The notes under the pieces were generated by a model. That model saw nothing but the letters and a program-made list of their open reading frames with translations. It made no database searches and was not told where the DNA came from. DNA of 64,000 nucleotides from Microthyrium microscopicum (taxonomy: Eukaryota), in assembly GCA_010405405.1 (NCBI GenBank), contig MU004241.1, forward strand, positions 1,151,359-1,215,358. The letters are read 5' to 3'. A program made the translations under genes and the position numbers. This document shows positions 15,044 to 27,059 of this stretch, piece by piece; the stretch's first letter is position 1, and each line of letters starts with the position of its first letter.

Positions 15044-15871
15044 ATGAAGTCATTCAGCAGTATCTGCATTCTTGGAGTCGCTGTAGGACTAGGGGCAGCC
15101 CAGACCTCACCGGCTTCGTCCAGTGGATCAAGTGCTCTCAGCATCGCTGCCGAATTTCAAGCTAAACTTGATCGCGCCCATAGCGTGTCAAACGACTTGA
15201 CCAATGGAACAGCCTGCAAAGAGATATTGCTTATAGCAGCACGAGGCTCCAATGAGCCTGGAAACATGGTATGAAGAAGCCTTTCTGGCTGGAATCTACG
15301 ATTAATGTCATACAGGGGGAAGCCACTGGGCCAAATATATGTACTCGCTTGACTAAAATATATGGCGCCCGAATTGGCTGTCAAGGAATCAGTGCTGCTG
15401 ATGGTTACTCTGCCAGTGGGATGGACATATCAAAGGCAAAAGGCACTTCCGATTCGGCCATTGCTGGAGGAGTTAAGATGTTCAATTTGGCGCAGTCGAA
15501 GTGTCCGAGTTCTCTCAAGCTGTTCACTGGATATAGGTCAGTACAAAACCCACCAGGAGATCCTTTATTAAAATGCGAGTAGCCAAGGAGCAGCTGTTAT
15601 GCATGGGGCGATCCCACAGCTGTCCGCAGATCTTAAGAAGACATTAGTCGCTGGTGTTCTTTTTGGGGATACTCGAAACACACAAGATAAAGGCCAGATT
15701 CCTGATTATCCCAAGGATCAAGTCTTGATCCTATGTGCTCCAGACGATTACTTCTGTAAGGGACAAAACAGAATGGATATAAGTCATATGTCATATCTGT
15801 CTGATAGTTATTTGGAAAAGGCTGTAGATTTTTTCAAGACTAAAATTGGTGCGGCAAAGAAAATAGCCTGA
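15044..15871 (+). CDS. Cutinase (CE5), three exons
   Basis: Signal peptide; LIAARGSNEPGNM, GYSQG nucleophile motif split by an intron, VLFGDTRN, CAPDDYFC, SHMSY. Confidence 0.9.
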
Positions 15872-15877
15872 ATTATA

Positions 15878-17377
15878 TTACAAATTTAGTGTCGGCGAAT
15901 TGTAATTCTGCTGTTCGAATGCCATAACTTCGGGATACATTTCCATCATCCGCTTGATTTTTTGACTAAGTAGTTCCCGATGCTCGTCTTGTATCCGCGG
16001 AAAGGAGAACAGGAATCGCTTCAAGAACAGCACGTCGTCTGCTCGGTCCAAAATCTCTTTTCGAGAATAAGATGCATTGGGAGCTGCAATCACAACGTCG
16101 GTTATAGTTGTTGTGATTTCCACAAGTTTGTGCAAAACCCCGGTGCCGTGAATGCCGACCGAATGTGGCGTCATTTGACTTAAGAATTGCCGTAGCTGAC
16201 TTGAAAGGCGTAATGGTAGCATCAATGACATTTCCGAGGCCGGATTTGAGGAAAGTAGTAGACCGGAAAGAGCCATTTGCCAAGTCAAAGTTCTCAGCCA
16301 TTGTCTCGTTATAATCAAGTCAGCTTGTTGCATCTCGTTTAGTGACTGAACTTCAGTGTGCCACTGGTCGTCTTCAAACTCTCTGTGCTTTGTTTTGATC
16401 CATTCACATGTGATTGTTGATCGATCTCCAGTCCAGTAATTGAGAAATGTTTCATCAACAAGTATGAAAGTCTTGATGAGTTGATTCCAGCCTCTTTCCG
16501 TTCCGGGTTCGATATCAGGATCAGGATCAGGCAGTGTTAAAAGAGGGCGAAGACAAGTTGGTTTGAAATCTATCAAGGCTGTAAATCGTTCATGAATGAA
16601 ACATTCCCAGTAAGCCCTTTGAAGTTTTGTCTTGTCTGAACTTATATCCAGTAAAGAAGTGTCGTCTGTTCCAACTCCGAGCATATGAAGCATAGTAATA
16701 GCTTCTCGTAAGTAGAAGAAGGCCAGATCGTTCTTATTCAAGCCCATCAAACATATCTCCAGAAATACATTACGCATGATCTTGAGCAGAGTGGGTTCTG
16801 ACTGAAATGCCAAAGGTCGAATATGATCAAGAGATCGCTCAAGTAAAGCTGAAACCCGTTCCTTGATATCCGGGGGAGATTTTGAGCCATCAGCATGGGC
16901 TAGATTGATTGTTACTGCAGCAAAGGCGTAGAGGAAGGAGGTGGCTTCCGCGTCACTGTATAATTTGGGGACACATTGCCGCACAGATGCCTCATCGATT
17001 ACCGGATTGACTGGAAATACACTGGTGAGATACTCCGGAATCAAGTCCAAGAAGAAATTGGCCTCCAGTTTGTCAAATTTCCTAACAATAGCCTCTGCTG
17101 GCACAAGAGTATTGTTCTTTCCAGCATTGGTGTGACTGCGACGTCTTCGAGAGCTATTGGCCGTAGAGTTAAGAGTAACTGCAGGATTTTCCCGGCATTG
17201 TTGTATTACACTGCCTCGAGTAGCTGCTCCTTTCCTAGGCCGTCCCCGAACTATTGGAGTGTAAACACAGGGAATGTCGAAGTGAGCACATTGCTGGCAA
17301 CTTTTCTCCCCATTACATCGAACTTTCCTCCTTTTACAAGAATCGCAAGCTTGGTATTTCTTTCCAGATTTCTCCAT
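15878..17377 (-). CDS. Zn(II)2Cys6 transcription factor, MalR/AmyR-like
   Basis: ACDSCKRRKVRCNGEKSCQQCAHFDIPC; AFFYLREAIT, QQADLIITRQWLRTLTWQ, IHGTGVLHKL; adjacent to maltase and permease. Confidence 0.88.
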   Translation of the reverse strand: MEKSGKKYQACDSCKRRKVRCNGEKSCQQCAHFDIPCVYTPIVRGRPRKGAATRGSVIQQCRENPAVTLNSTANSSRRRRSHTNAGKNNTLVPAEAIVRKFDKLEANFFLDLIPEYLTSVFPVNPVIDEASVRQCVPKLYSDAEATSFLYAFAAVTINLAHADGSKSPPDIKERVSALLERSLDHIRPLAFQSEPTLLKIMRNVFLEICLMGLNKNDLAFFYLREAITMLHMLGVGTDDTSLLDISSDKTKLQRAYWECFIHERFTALIDFKPTCLRPLLTLPDPDPDIEPGTERGWNQLIKTFILVDETFLNYWTGDRSTITCEWIKTKHREFEDDQWHTEVQSLNEMQQADLIITRQWLRTLTWQMALSGLLLSSNPASEMSLMLPLRLSSQLRQFLSQMTPHSVGIHGTGVLHKLVEITTTITDVVIAAPNASYSRKEILDRADDVLFLKRFLFSFPRIQDEHRELLSQKIKRMMEMYPEVMAFEQQNYNSPTLNL

Positions 17378-18699
17378 CACCGGTTTCAACGTGAAAAAGA
17401 TGAGATATGTTTCATTCTCAAGGCTATGGAGTAGGAAGCAATTAATGGAGCAAGCTGGCAAGGCTGGTCATAAGACGGAACCAAGTGCGGGGATAGTGGG
17501 TCTACATTTGCCGTTCGATACTGCTGAGAGCACGCAGAAACGTCAGTGGTTAACGCCTTAAAACAATCGGTGGCTGGCAGGGCAGGTTATAAATTTCAAG
17601 TTCTCAGGTGGTTCTTAGACATTTATGCGGTGGACTAAATATTTGGCACGATCCCATCAACTGCTTCGTGTACCACAGCACTCTTTAACAAGAGCATACT
17701 TCAATTCGTTCGTAGCTGATTGAGGATTTGTAGTTAAATGCATGCGATTGCAAACAGACCGGTCGATATCAAAGCGTACCAGGTGGCATACCGGTAGATT
17801 ACACTTGATCTTTTGAAATCATTAAACAATCTTCTTGGCCGATCTACTTGTTGTTCGCATGCTTGTCTTTCGGGGCGTTTCCGGTGTTTCCCTCATTCTT
17901 GTTTCTCAAACTAACAGGTAGGTCGACGAAGAGGCCCGTCTGAGTCGGTCGAAGATTTTTCGTCGATATCATCATTCGCACTGCCCTGTTGCTTCGAGCT
18001 GCCCGAGCAATTTGACCTGAGAAGTAACTTGAAGCGTAGAGACATTCCTCAACTGACCCTTCATAAACAGCCTTGCTCAACCATTCAAACCCAGCCAAAT
18101 TTGCAGTTGTAAACTGCGACCGAAAGATTGCGTGAAGTCCAAGAACCGCTATATCAGCTCGAAACATCCTCACTGTATGATAGTTATGGAACATACTTGC
18201 TTAACAAGAACGAAACTCTTCGTCAGCCCAACAAGTCTCAGCTATCTCAACATTCAACCTTGAATTTTGACATCCAGTCCTTCATATAAACTCGATCTAT
18301 GTGCATTCCTTTGCCAGTGTCACGGGATGAAAGGATTTACCTAAGTATTCCAGCCATTATAGCATGAAGGGATCTCGCGATCTTGTCGGAGATGAATGCG
18401 ACTTCTATGATGAAAACGGCTGGGGCGACTACGTTGCCACCCACGACGCCAGGACGAGAAGTGTCTTCAACGAATCCGTGGATTTATCTTCGGAGACAAC
18501 ATTTCCAGAGCTATCGACGAGACCATCCTCAAAAGCCAAGGTATGTAAGGTTTGAACTTTCATTTGGATTCAAATATCCCAATGTAGCAGTCGCGTTTCT
18601 TGACTGGAGCCATAAGTTCAATCTAATTTCTAATACAAGACTTTGGAGTCACTCCGCAATTCTCAAGCTCAATCAAGTCAGAGGTCACTAAAATGTATC

Positions 18700-20433
18700 C
18701 TAATTCATGACATAGATTCGGCCCTCGAATGGACATAACTTCGTTTCTTGGCCATCGTAGTTTGATACAAGTGGCTTCTGCTGAGAGATGCCATACTGAT
18801 ATCCATCAAACTCTTGATATTCATCAGTGAAGTTCAGAACAACGACTGCGGAGTCGGCAGCGTTGACTTTCTTGTAGACGTATAGTTTTTCGTCCTCTAG
18901 GTTGAGAGGTTGATAACTTCCATGCACAAAAGTCGATGGGTATTTCTTTCTCAGCCTTAGCATGTTTTTCCAGAAATTGAGGACAGAGTCAGGCTCAGCA
19001 GTCTCCTTCTCAACATTGATATCGGCATAGTTGTCATGGACTCGCTGCCACGGTTTCGAAGAGGTTGTGAAGCCTCCATTCGCCGTGCTATCCCACTGAA
19101 TTGGAAGTCTTCCATGGTCCCGAGCCAGGTACTGAATTGCTTCGAGGGCGCGTTTCAGAGTAGCGGGATCATTGTTAGTTTTCTTGGCCTGATAATTGTA
19201 ATAATTGTTACTGTCAACATCGTTATAGTCATCCATGGTCCAGCTTTTGGGAGCATTGACCATGCCAATCTCCTGACCTTGGTAGATGAACAGCGTGCCA
19301 GAGAGTGTTGCGAGAAGCATTGACAGCATTTTGCCGCTTTTGTTGCGAAGCTCTGGAGTCTTGTCGGAACCAAATCGGGAAATCGACCGAGCCTGATCGT
19401 GATTTTCCATAAAGGCAGTCGTCCACGCGTCCGTGCCGTCTAGCAAATGTTGAGTCCTACCAATTGCTTCTTTGAGCTGAGGAAGAGTCCAGTTATGAGG
19501 TGTGGTGTCAAACTTCTGGTCTTTTCCCATGCCCACATCTACCACGTCGAATTGAAAAGCCATATTCAATTGCTTTTCCCGGGCAGAGACGTATTGAAGT
19601 ACTCTAGCCATGTCTGGGGTACAAGGCGTCTCGCCAACTGTCATAGCTCCGTACTTTTCCAAGACTACGTTCATTTCGTCCAGGTATTGCTTCATCTTTG
19701 GCCCATTGCAGTATAGATGAGCAGCAAGCTGCCAATCACTACTTGCATCGATGATTTCAGCATCACGATATGATGGGTCCTTGCTGTACATATTGACAGT
19801 GTCGACTCGAAATCCATCCATGCCTCGATCCAGCCAGAACTCCATTGCTGATTTGTAGATCGCTTTCCGTGTTTCCGTATTTTCCCAGTTGAGGTCTGGC
19901 TGCTCCGGACAGAACAAATGAAGATAGTATTCCTGTGTTCCCTCGTCCCACTCCCAAACGCTACCGTTGAAATTGCCTCTCCAGTTATTGGGTGGCCTTC
20001 GAGTACCGTTGACATCGTAGGAAGCAGGTCGCCAAATATACCAATCTCTTTTTGGGTTGTCCTTTGAGGAGCGCGACTCCTTAAACCACGCATGCTGGTC
20101 TGATGTATGATTGATGACCAAGTCCCCAATGATTTTCATCCCGCGTTCATGACACCCCTGAATCAAGGCTTCCATATCTGTCAATGTACCGTACGGAGGA
20201 TAGACATCCTCGTAGTTTGATATGTCGTATCCCATATCTACTTGAGGACTATCATACATTGGACAAATCCAAATGGCATCGACTCCTAGACCTTTGATGT
20301 AGTCTAGCTTGGATATGATTCCAGGTATGTCTCCAACACCATCTCCATTGGAATCTTTGTAGCTGGCTGGATATATTTGATAAAAAACAGCCTCTTTCCA
20401 CCACGGGTGGTCCTTGGTTCCTAGGTCTGCCAT
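18700..20433 (-). CDS. Intracellular alpha-glucosidase/maltase (GH13)
   Basis: WWKEAVFYQIYPASY, DLVINHTS, QPDLNW, GFRVDTVN, VGE, ENHDQ, YQGQEIGM; no introns, no signal peptide. Confidence 0.95.
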   Translation of the reverse strand: MADLGTKDHPWWKEAVFYQIYPASYKDSNGDGVGDIPGIISKLDYIKGLGVDAIWICPMYDSPQVDMGYDISNYEDVYPPYGTLTDMEALIQGCHERGMKIIGDLVINHTSDQHAWFKESRSSKDNPKRDWYIWRPASYDVNGTRRPPNNWRGNFNGSVWEWDEGTQEYYLHLFCPEQPDLNWENTETRKAIYKSAMEFWLDRGMDGFRVDTVNMYSKDPSYRDAEIIDASSDWQLAAHLYCNGPKMKQYLDEMNVVLEKYGAMTVGETPCTPDMARVLQYVSAREKQLNMAFQFDVVDVGMGKDQKFDTTPHNWTLPQLKEAIGRTQHLLDGTDAWTTAFMENHDQARSISRFGSDKTPELRNKSGKMLSMLLATLSGTLFIYQGQEIGMVNAPKSWTMDDYNDVDSNNYYNYQAKKTNNDPATLKRALEAIQYLARDHGRLPIQWDSTANGGFTTSSKPWQRVHDNYADINVEKETAEPDSVLNFWKNMLRLRKKYPSTFVHGSYQPLNLEDEKLYVYKKVNAADSAVVVLNFTDEYQEFDGYQYGISQQKPLVSNYDGQETKLCPFEGRIYVMN

Positions 20434-21431
20434 ATCTTGTAATGTCCGAATACTCAATTGAACAGGGCTGAAAGTGTATGGCTGATGTAGAATGTGGTAC
20501 AAGTGGCAGACAGATAAGGCGTTGAGGACTAATTACAGTTATTCCATTGTATGGTGTGGTACGTACCAGAAAATTGAGAATTGCACTTCGCTGTGTTTGT
20601 GGCGAATGTTCCTTGGGTTTAGATTGTTCTTGAGACCAGTATGCCAGGTTTTCCTGCCGTGAACCACGTCGAAGACGCACAAGTACAGTAGCGCAGGCCA
20701 CTAGAGCCCCGCTATGACGGACTTGAAGTCAGGTTCTTCGAACGCATCGAGAGAATCAAGACCGTCTTGTTGAATCTTGAAGTGTGGATTGCAATTGCTA
20801 ATGGCCGAACTTGAACGCTTGCTAGCTGTGATACCAAACGACTCCACCTTCTAGAGGTCGCTGTACTCGCCATAATCGGGATTCCGTTAACAAGATTTAA
20901 ATAGCGTCGTAATTACTACACATGCAGAGTACAGAACAGGCGCTGGTGAGATCCCAATGGCTACCAGTATCGACTATGGGGTAGCGAGCATCATGACGTC
21001 TCGCTGGTCGCGCGCCATTGGGCCGTGGGCCATGTCGGTGCCGACATCTCAAATGGTCTCAGTAATTTTGCTGTAGAAGCCTCGAATTCCTGTAGCATTC
21101 ACTCGCGATGATTAGATTGTTGCACTACCAATTAAGGTTACATAACTGAAGATAAAGAGGTTGGAAAGTTCTGCTCTGCAAGTCAGACCACTCAGGGGCT
21201 AGAAGACGCCACAAAATTTACGCGTCAACACCACGAGTCTCCGTCTACAATCACGTCGAGGATGCTCCAGAAATACAACATGTTCTGATCAGTTGTTAGA
21301 CATCGGTCCGAGTACTAACAAAACGTGCCTTGGATGCACTAAACTGATATCCGATTAATTCCCCGCATTTGAGATCAGTGGCGATTTAGATCGGGGAAAC
21401 CGTAATCAAATCGATATCCCTTACCCATCAT

Positions 21432-21446
21432 CGGATACCATCCCGG
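21432..21446. promoter_or_regulatory. Candidate MAL-activator site CGG-N9-CGG
   Basis: CGGATACCATCCCGG in the divergent maltase-permease promoter; a CreA-type GCGGGG lies on the minus strand at 21361-21366. Confidence 0.35.
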
Positions 21447-22178
21447 ATGCGACCAGTATTTACTCTTTGAGCAATGGGTAAAGGAAGGACTCAGCATTCG
21501 TCAATAGCTTTTCTCGAGGAGTTGATGACCTGATGGCTTCTCGAATAAGTTCTGCGGACTCCCGACTCTATTCGATGACAATATTGGTAAAACGCGGTCG
21601 AACAAGTTTCCGTCAAGAGCACATATCCTTTGGTATGAATAACTCTCTCGCTATTGACCTATCTAATAGGAATCTTATCCCAATACTCTCCCATTGTACC
21701 CAACAAGGGAATGGATGATTGTGGTTGGTTTAGAGCCATGGTTGCTAGCTCAGAACCAGGTGCAATTATGCAGGTCATGGGTTCATGGCATCAGGATCGG
21801 ATGCGAACGCCAACAAGATCGTGGCGCTCTCGAAGGCATGATGTTAATTCATATCACCACCACTTTTGTTCTGGTCCATTTGCTTACTCTATTTGTCTCA
21901 ACTCGGAACCGATAGAAAATGTGTCTGCGGTTGGGGTGAGTTGAATACTGAATACCTTGTTTTCTCTAGACATCTCCCGGACTTCATATCATAATAACAC
22001 AGATATATGAGGTAGCTGGGTATATAAAAGTTGTGTCAATGGCGCACAAGTCCTACAAAGAAGCCAGGATTCGTATCCCAACCGTTCCAGTATCTTTATA
22101 CTGAGCTGTTAACGTGCAGTCAGCCTTCAACTCTTGGCTGAACCCGGTCTCTTTGCTGGATCTTTACATACCATCAAC

Positions 22179-24045
22179 ATGCCTGACTACCTCGAAAAGA
22201 CCGCCTTGCAGCAGGTGGAAGACGATGGTCTTGTCTCAGTCAATTCTGACCAGCTCCGTCGAGCATCAGTCATTGACCCAAACATAAACACATTAGCGCG
22301 AGAAGCTGCCCAGGCCACAGAGAAAGAACATTCCATGACCTTGAGAGAAGGGTTGCAACTTTATCCAAAAGCCTGTTTCTGGTCAGTAGTACTATCGACG
22401 GCCGTTGTAATGGAAGGTCAGTTGCGAACAATCGCGTTTTATCACAGACAATGGTATACTCATGTCTTTCAGGCTTCGACAACATCTTACTGAACAATCT
22501 CTTCGCTTATGCACCATTTCAGAGGAAATTCGGCGTTCAACAGTCCAATGGAACCTACCAACTCACCGCAGCTTGGCAGTCTGGCTTATCTAATGGCGCT
22601 CTGGTAGGAGAGATTCTTGGACTCTTTATCACCGGCATTGTCTCTGAACGATATGGATACCGCAAGACAATCATTGGCGCGCTTCTTCTGGTCATCGCGT
22701 TCGTTTTCATTCCCTTCTTCAGCGACACTATTGTACAGCTTCTAGTTGGCGAAATATTGCTTGGTATTCCTTGGGGTGTTTTTCAAACTATTACCACCTC
22801 TTACGCCGCCGAGGTTTGCCCCAGCAATCTCAGAGCTTACCTGACGTAAGTAGAATCGCACGAAAATCGAAGATGCTTTCGCTAATATCTAAATCCTAGA
22901 ACCTATGTCAACCTCTGTTGGGTCTTTGGTCAACTGATCGCTTCTGGCGTGCTACGAGCCATGGCTGATCGTGACGACAAATGGGGGTACAAAATTCCTT
23001 TTGCTCTTCAATGGATGTGGCCGATTCCAATAATCATCGGAGTGCTCCTAGCTCCAGAGTCTCCGTGGTGGCTTGTCCGCAAAAATCGCATCGATGATGC
23101 CAAAAAGGCACTTTTACGACTCACATCCGTTGGAAAGGATCCCTCATTCAGCGCTGACGAGAACATATCCATGATGCAACACACCACCACACTGGAGATG
23201 GCTGTTTCCGAAGGCTCGTCATACGTTGACTGTTTTCGAGGGATAGATCTCAGAAGAACAGAGATTGTGTGCGTTACCTGGGCAATTCAAACTCTGTGTG
23301 GGTCTACTTTCATGGGATATTCCACTTACTTCTATGAACAAGCTGGTCTATCAGCCACCAACTCTTTCACATTGTCTATGGCACAGTTTGCTCTAGGAGC
23401 AATTGGTACAATATGCTCCTGGGGCTTGATGCAATGGTATGGTCGTCGAACGCTCTCTCTTGCTGGTCAAGTCACAATGACCATTCTTTTGCTCATCATT
23501 GGCTTCCTTGGAATCATATCTCATTCCAATGTAAGTGCACAGTGGGCCATTGGTAGTATGCTTTTGCTCTATACCTTCACATATGACAGCACTGTCGGTC
23601 CAGTCTGTTATTCGTTGGTCTCTGAGCTGAGCTCCACAAGACTTCGCGCCAAGTCGATTGTTTTGGCACGCAACCTGTACAACATTACTGGGTAGGTTTC
23701 GTATTTTAATGACCAAGATTGAGGCTTACTACTTCTAGAATAATCACCAATATCATAACCCCAAGAATGCTCAACCCCACCGCCTGGAATTGGGGAGCTA
23801 AAGCTGGCTTCTTCTGGGCTGGAACATGTTTTCTCAGTTTTGTTTGGACATATTTTCGATTACCCGAGCCAAAGGGTCGAACATATGGGGAACTCAACAT
23901 CCTGTTTAACCAAAAGATCTCGGCACGGAAGTTCAATTCTACCATCGTGGATCCGTTCATGACCCAAGAAGCTCGTCGGGCATCTATCGTGGCCACGAAC
24001 GAAAAAGGAGGAAGCACTCGAATTGACAGTACACTTAAGTTTTGA
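22179..24045 (+). CDS. Maltose/alpha-glucoside permease (MFS sugar porter), four exons
   Basis: WSVVLSTAVVMEG|FD, WGVFQT..YAAEVCP, APESPWWLVR, DLRRTEI, GPVCYSLVSE, LPEPKGRTYGEL; TATATAAAA at 22021. Confidence 0.93.
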
Positions 24046-25383
24046 TGGTTCGAATTCTCTTTCATCTATGGTTCTCATGGTCTATTCGACGAAGTCGCAA
24101 ATAGCTTTACAACAAGATCATCTTGATCAAATAAGGATTATATTTATCGAAAATTAATTTTATCATTTGATAAGGTCTCTTTGATGGATTTTTTTGACAT
24201 CACTTCAATTACGGGTATGTACTTCTTGTACGAATTCATGGACGAAAAACACCCTAGAACGGCGTACATATATACATCAAGAGCCTCAAACTAAGCCAAA
24301 TGCGAATCTAAGAGGCATTTTGCAACAGCTACGGTTGTCACGCTTCCAGTGTATACGAAATTCTGACGATATGGACACTTCGTCTCACTTGTAAGATGCG
24401 TAACCTCACCATCCTATCCAGGTCACTTACAATCATTTCATCTCGTGCGGGGCCCAAGAACTCGTGAATATACACTGTGGATCCATCATCGTACTGCAGT
24501 AAGGATTTGCCTACCTAGGTAGGTAAGGTTCTATATCAGACTCGCTTGCTTGAGATGAATCATCCGCAACTGCATCTAGTTCCTGGTAATGAGGTCCTTT
24601 CACTCGATAGGCTTCAGGCTTGATCATATTCTTCATAGAGTGAAAGAATGTGTCAAAAGAAAGAAACGACTGTGCAGATGCAACGCCTTAAGGCGGTACT
24701 GCGAGAAATTGGTTGCTCATTGATCTGTTGAAGACGACCGCTTAGTCAAGCTCCTCGCGACGCATGATTTGACTTTCCAGGTCGGAAGATCTTGACCAGA
24801 GGGGGACATTGACACAGGAATCATAGTGCTGAGCTGATTGACGGTCTTTTCTAACCATGGGTGGATCTTGATTGACGATGAGAGCGCTGGTGCCAAGCTT
24901 TGTAGGCGCTTGATGTTCTCGGTGATGGAACCACTAACAGCGAACCACTCTGCCATAGTGGTATGGCCTTCATATTTGGTTGTTGATAAGGAAACCCGAC
25001 GAATAAAGCACTCGATAATCAGCGCAATACCTAGTCGAGATCGTAGTCAATGGTAATGTCGATTTTAAAAAGCTCACATGCCTCGAGGCCAGAAAGTGAT
25101 AAAGATAGGGATGATTTTGTCTTCCCCAAGGATCTGGTGCTAGATTTGCGCATTCGATGGGAAACAAAGCACTCGCCGATTAGCGTAGTACTGGGGAGAC
25201 ATCGTGATCGATGGGAGTCTCTGCTGAGATGGCTCCCAAATGGTGTTTATAGTATATTGATTTCATTGCAGACATCTACGGATTTTCATTAGCATTACTC
25301 ATGTCAACCGAATCCGAAAAGGATGTGCTTGTAGTCTAAACACCCAAGTACTCCATTCCTATGCGTAGTTCAGCTCCATCCAT

Positions 25384-26247
25384 CTATTTTCCAAGCGTGA
25401 GGAACAAGCGGTCGCCCACATCACCCATGCCAGGCCGAATCATGCCCTTTTCATCAGTACCTGGATCTATGCCACCCATCCAGATATCCACATAGTCACC
25501 ACATGCCTTGGCGATCTTACGAAGTCCAGTCTCGGTACCTAGCACGCCAATGATGAGGATTTTGTCCGCCTTGCACTCCTGCAGACTCTGGACGGCGCCT
25601 AGACAGGTCACGCCGGTTGCTATGATGGGATCGAGTACGATAGCAAGCTCGACTGGTTGGTCGCCGGTAGCATGGTCGCGCAAATTGTTGTAGTATTCCA
25701 CGGGATTGAGGTTGCCATCGCGGAACATGCCTAAGTGGTTGACCGGCACAGGGTAAGGAAGGAGGGCGGAGACGGCGTCGACCAGACTAAGACCAGAGCG
25801 GAGAATAGGTACGAGGATCAGACGGGAAGGCGAGATGGACTGGACGTCGTATGTGTCACCAAGCGGAGACTTGTCCTAGGTTCAAAAGTTAGCATATTCT
25901 GGTAGTTTATATGACAATCTAGAAGATTGAAATTCGCTGATTGGATGATTTCTTGCTTGCTAGATTGGCTAGAATAGGAGGAAATTGCAGCTGTGGGATA
26001 GTTTGGCATGAGCTGCATGGTGAGAGTGTGAATGGGTTGGTTCCTGCAGACATACCGTTCCATTGTTGACGGGGTTGAGAGAAGCGGCAAGGGCCTCACA
26101 GGCCACCATGGTGCCGACCTCGTGAATCAAGGCCTTGAAGTCGCGAGCATTGGTGGAAGTAGAGCGCAATTGGGATATTTTGGCTTTAATGCAGGGGTGG
26201 GAGGAAATGTGTACATTGGATGGTAGGCTGGATGACGGAGAAGCCAT
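25384..26247 (-). CDS. Uracil phosphoribosyltransferase
   Basis: HPCIKAKISQLR, LVPILRSGL, PRPP loop VLDPIIATG, PGMGDVGDRLF; intron 25876-26055 restores the frame (227 aa). Confidence 0.9.
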
Positions 26248-26785
26248 GGCGGCGGGATTCTGTAGAGGCAATGAACTGGACAGATTGAAAGACTGGTGAT
26301 TGGCTTGCAGATGAATGAAAGCTGAAGAAAAGGTTCTATTCGATGGAACGCTGGAAAAGGGAGAAAATGGGGTAGAGAGTCAGAGAGATGAAGATAGAGG
26401 GGATGGTGGAGGAGGAGCTTGGACGATTTTTAAGACGATCCATGGTGGATGAGGCTGAACTTGAACTTGGCTGAACCCGGACTGCTGAAGATCCTGATAG
26501 ACGACACGTCTGACGCGAATCCTGGTTACCGTGTAGGATAACCGACCACTTACAAGCCCAGAAATTCGTTACAGACACTCTTTTTCAATGTACAATCCAA
26601 TCGGACCGTGTCGGGCGCTGCTATGAGGCTATGAGCTGTCAATAGATCCAAAAGGCGGTGGGATTGGTTGAAATCAAGGCTATCGAGGCTAACAAGCCGG
26701 GATTCCGGCCACCAGCATTCCTTCATGACTCTCACAACCACATCAGAATGTTTCAAAATCCATAGCATTGTACTACTCTACCTCT

Positions 26786-26809
26786 TTCTTCTTCTTCTTC
26801 TTCTTCTTC
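26786..26809. repeat. (TTC)8 microsatellite
   Basis: Direct reading; lies upstream of FEX1. Confidence 0.85.
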
Positions 26810-27059
26810 ATAAAATTCAATTCTATCATCTTCTTACTATTCATATCCGCCACTATTTTAAAGTAATGATTTATATCTGCAGTAGCACGAGAAAGACATG
26901 CAACTTCCTCCTGCGCGCTGCATCTAGCAAAAGCCTCCTCCTTACCAACGCATTCGGCCTCTAATTCGACTATCTGCAAACCTCTCTGCAAAAACTTAAA
27001 AACATGACAGGTCCGTTACTGAAAATACTTCTTGATCTGAGACAGCATTGGAGGAAGCA

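Noticed and set aside
24510..24523. Palindrome CCTACCTAGGTAGG
   Set aside because: Short TAGG/CCTA low-complexity motif with no associated element, TIR pair or target duplication.
26248..27059. Fluoride riboswitch, or a fluorouracil-related link between divergent UPRT and FEX1
   Set aside because: No crcB-motif-like sequence was seen and that riboswitch is prokaryotic; adjacency alone gives no functional support.
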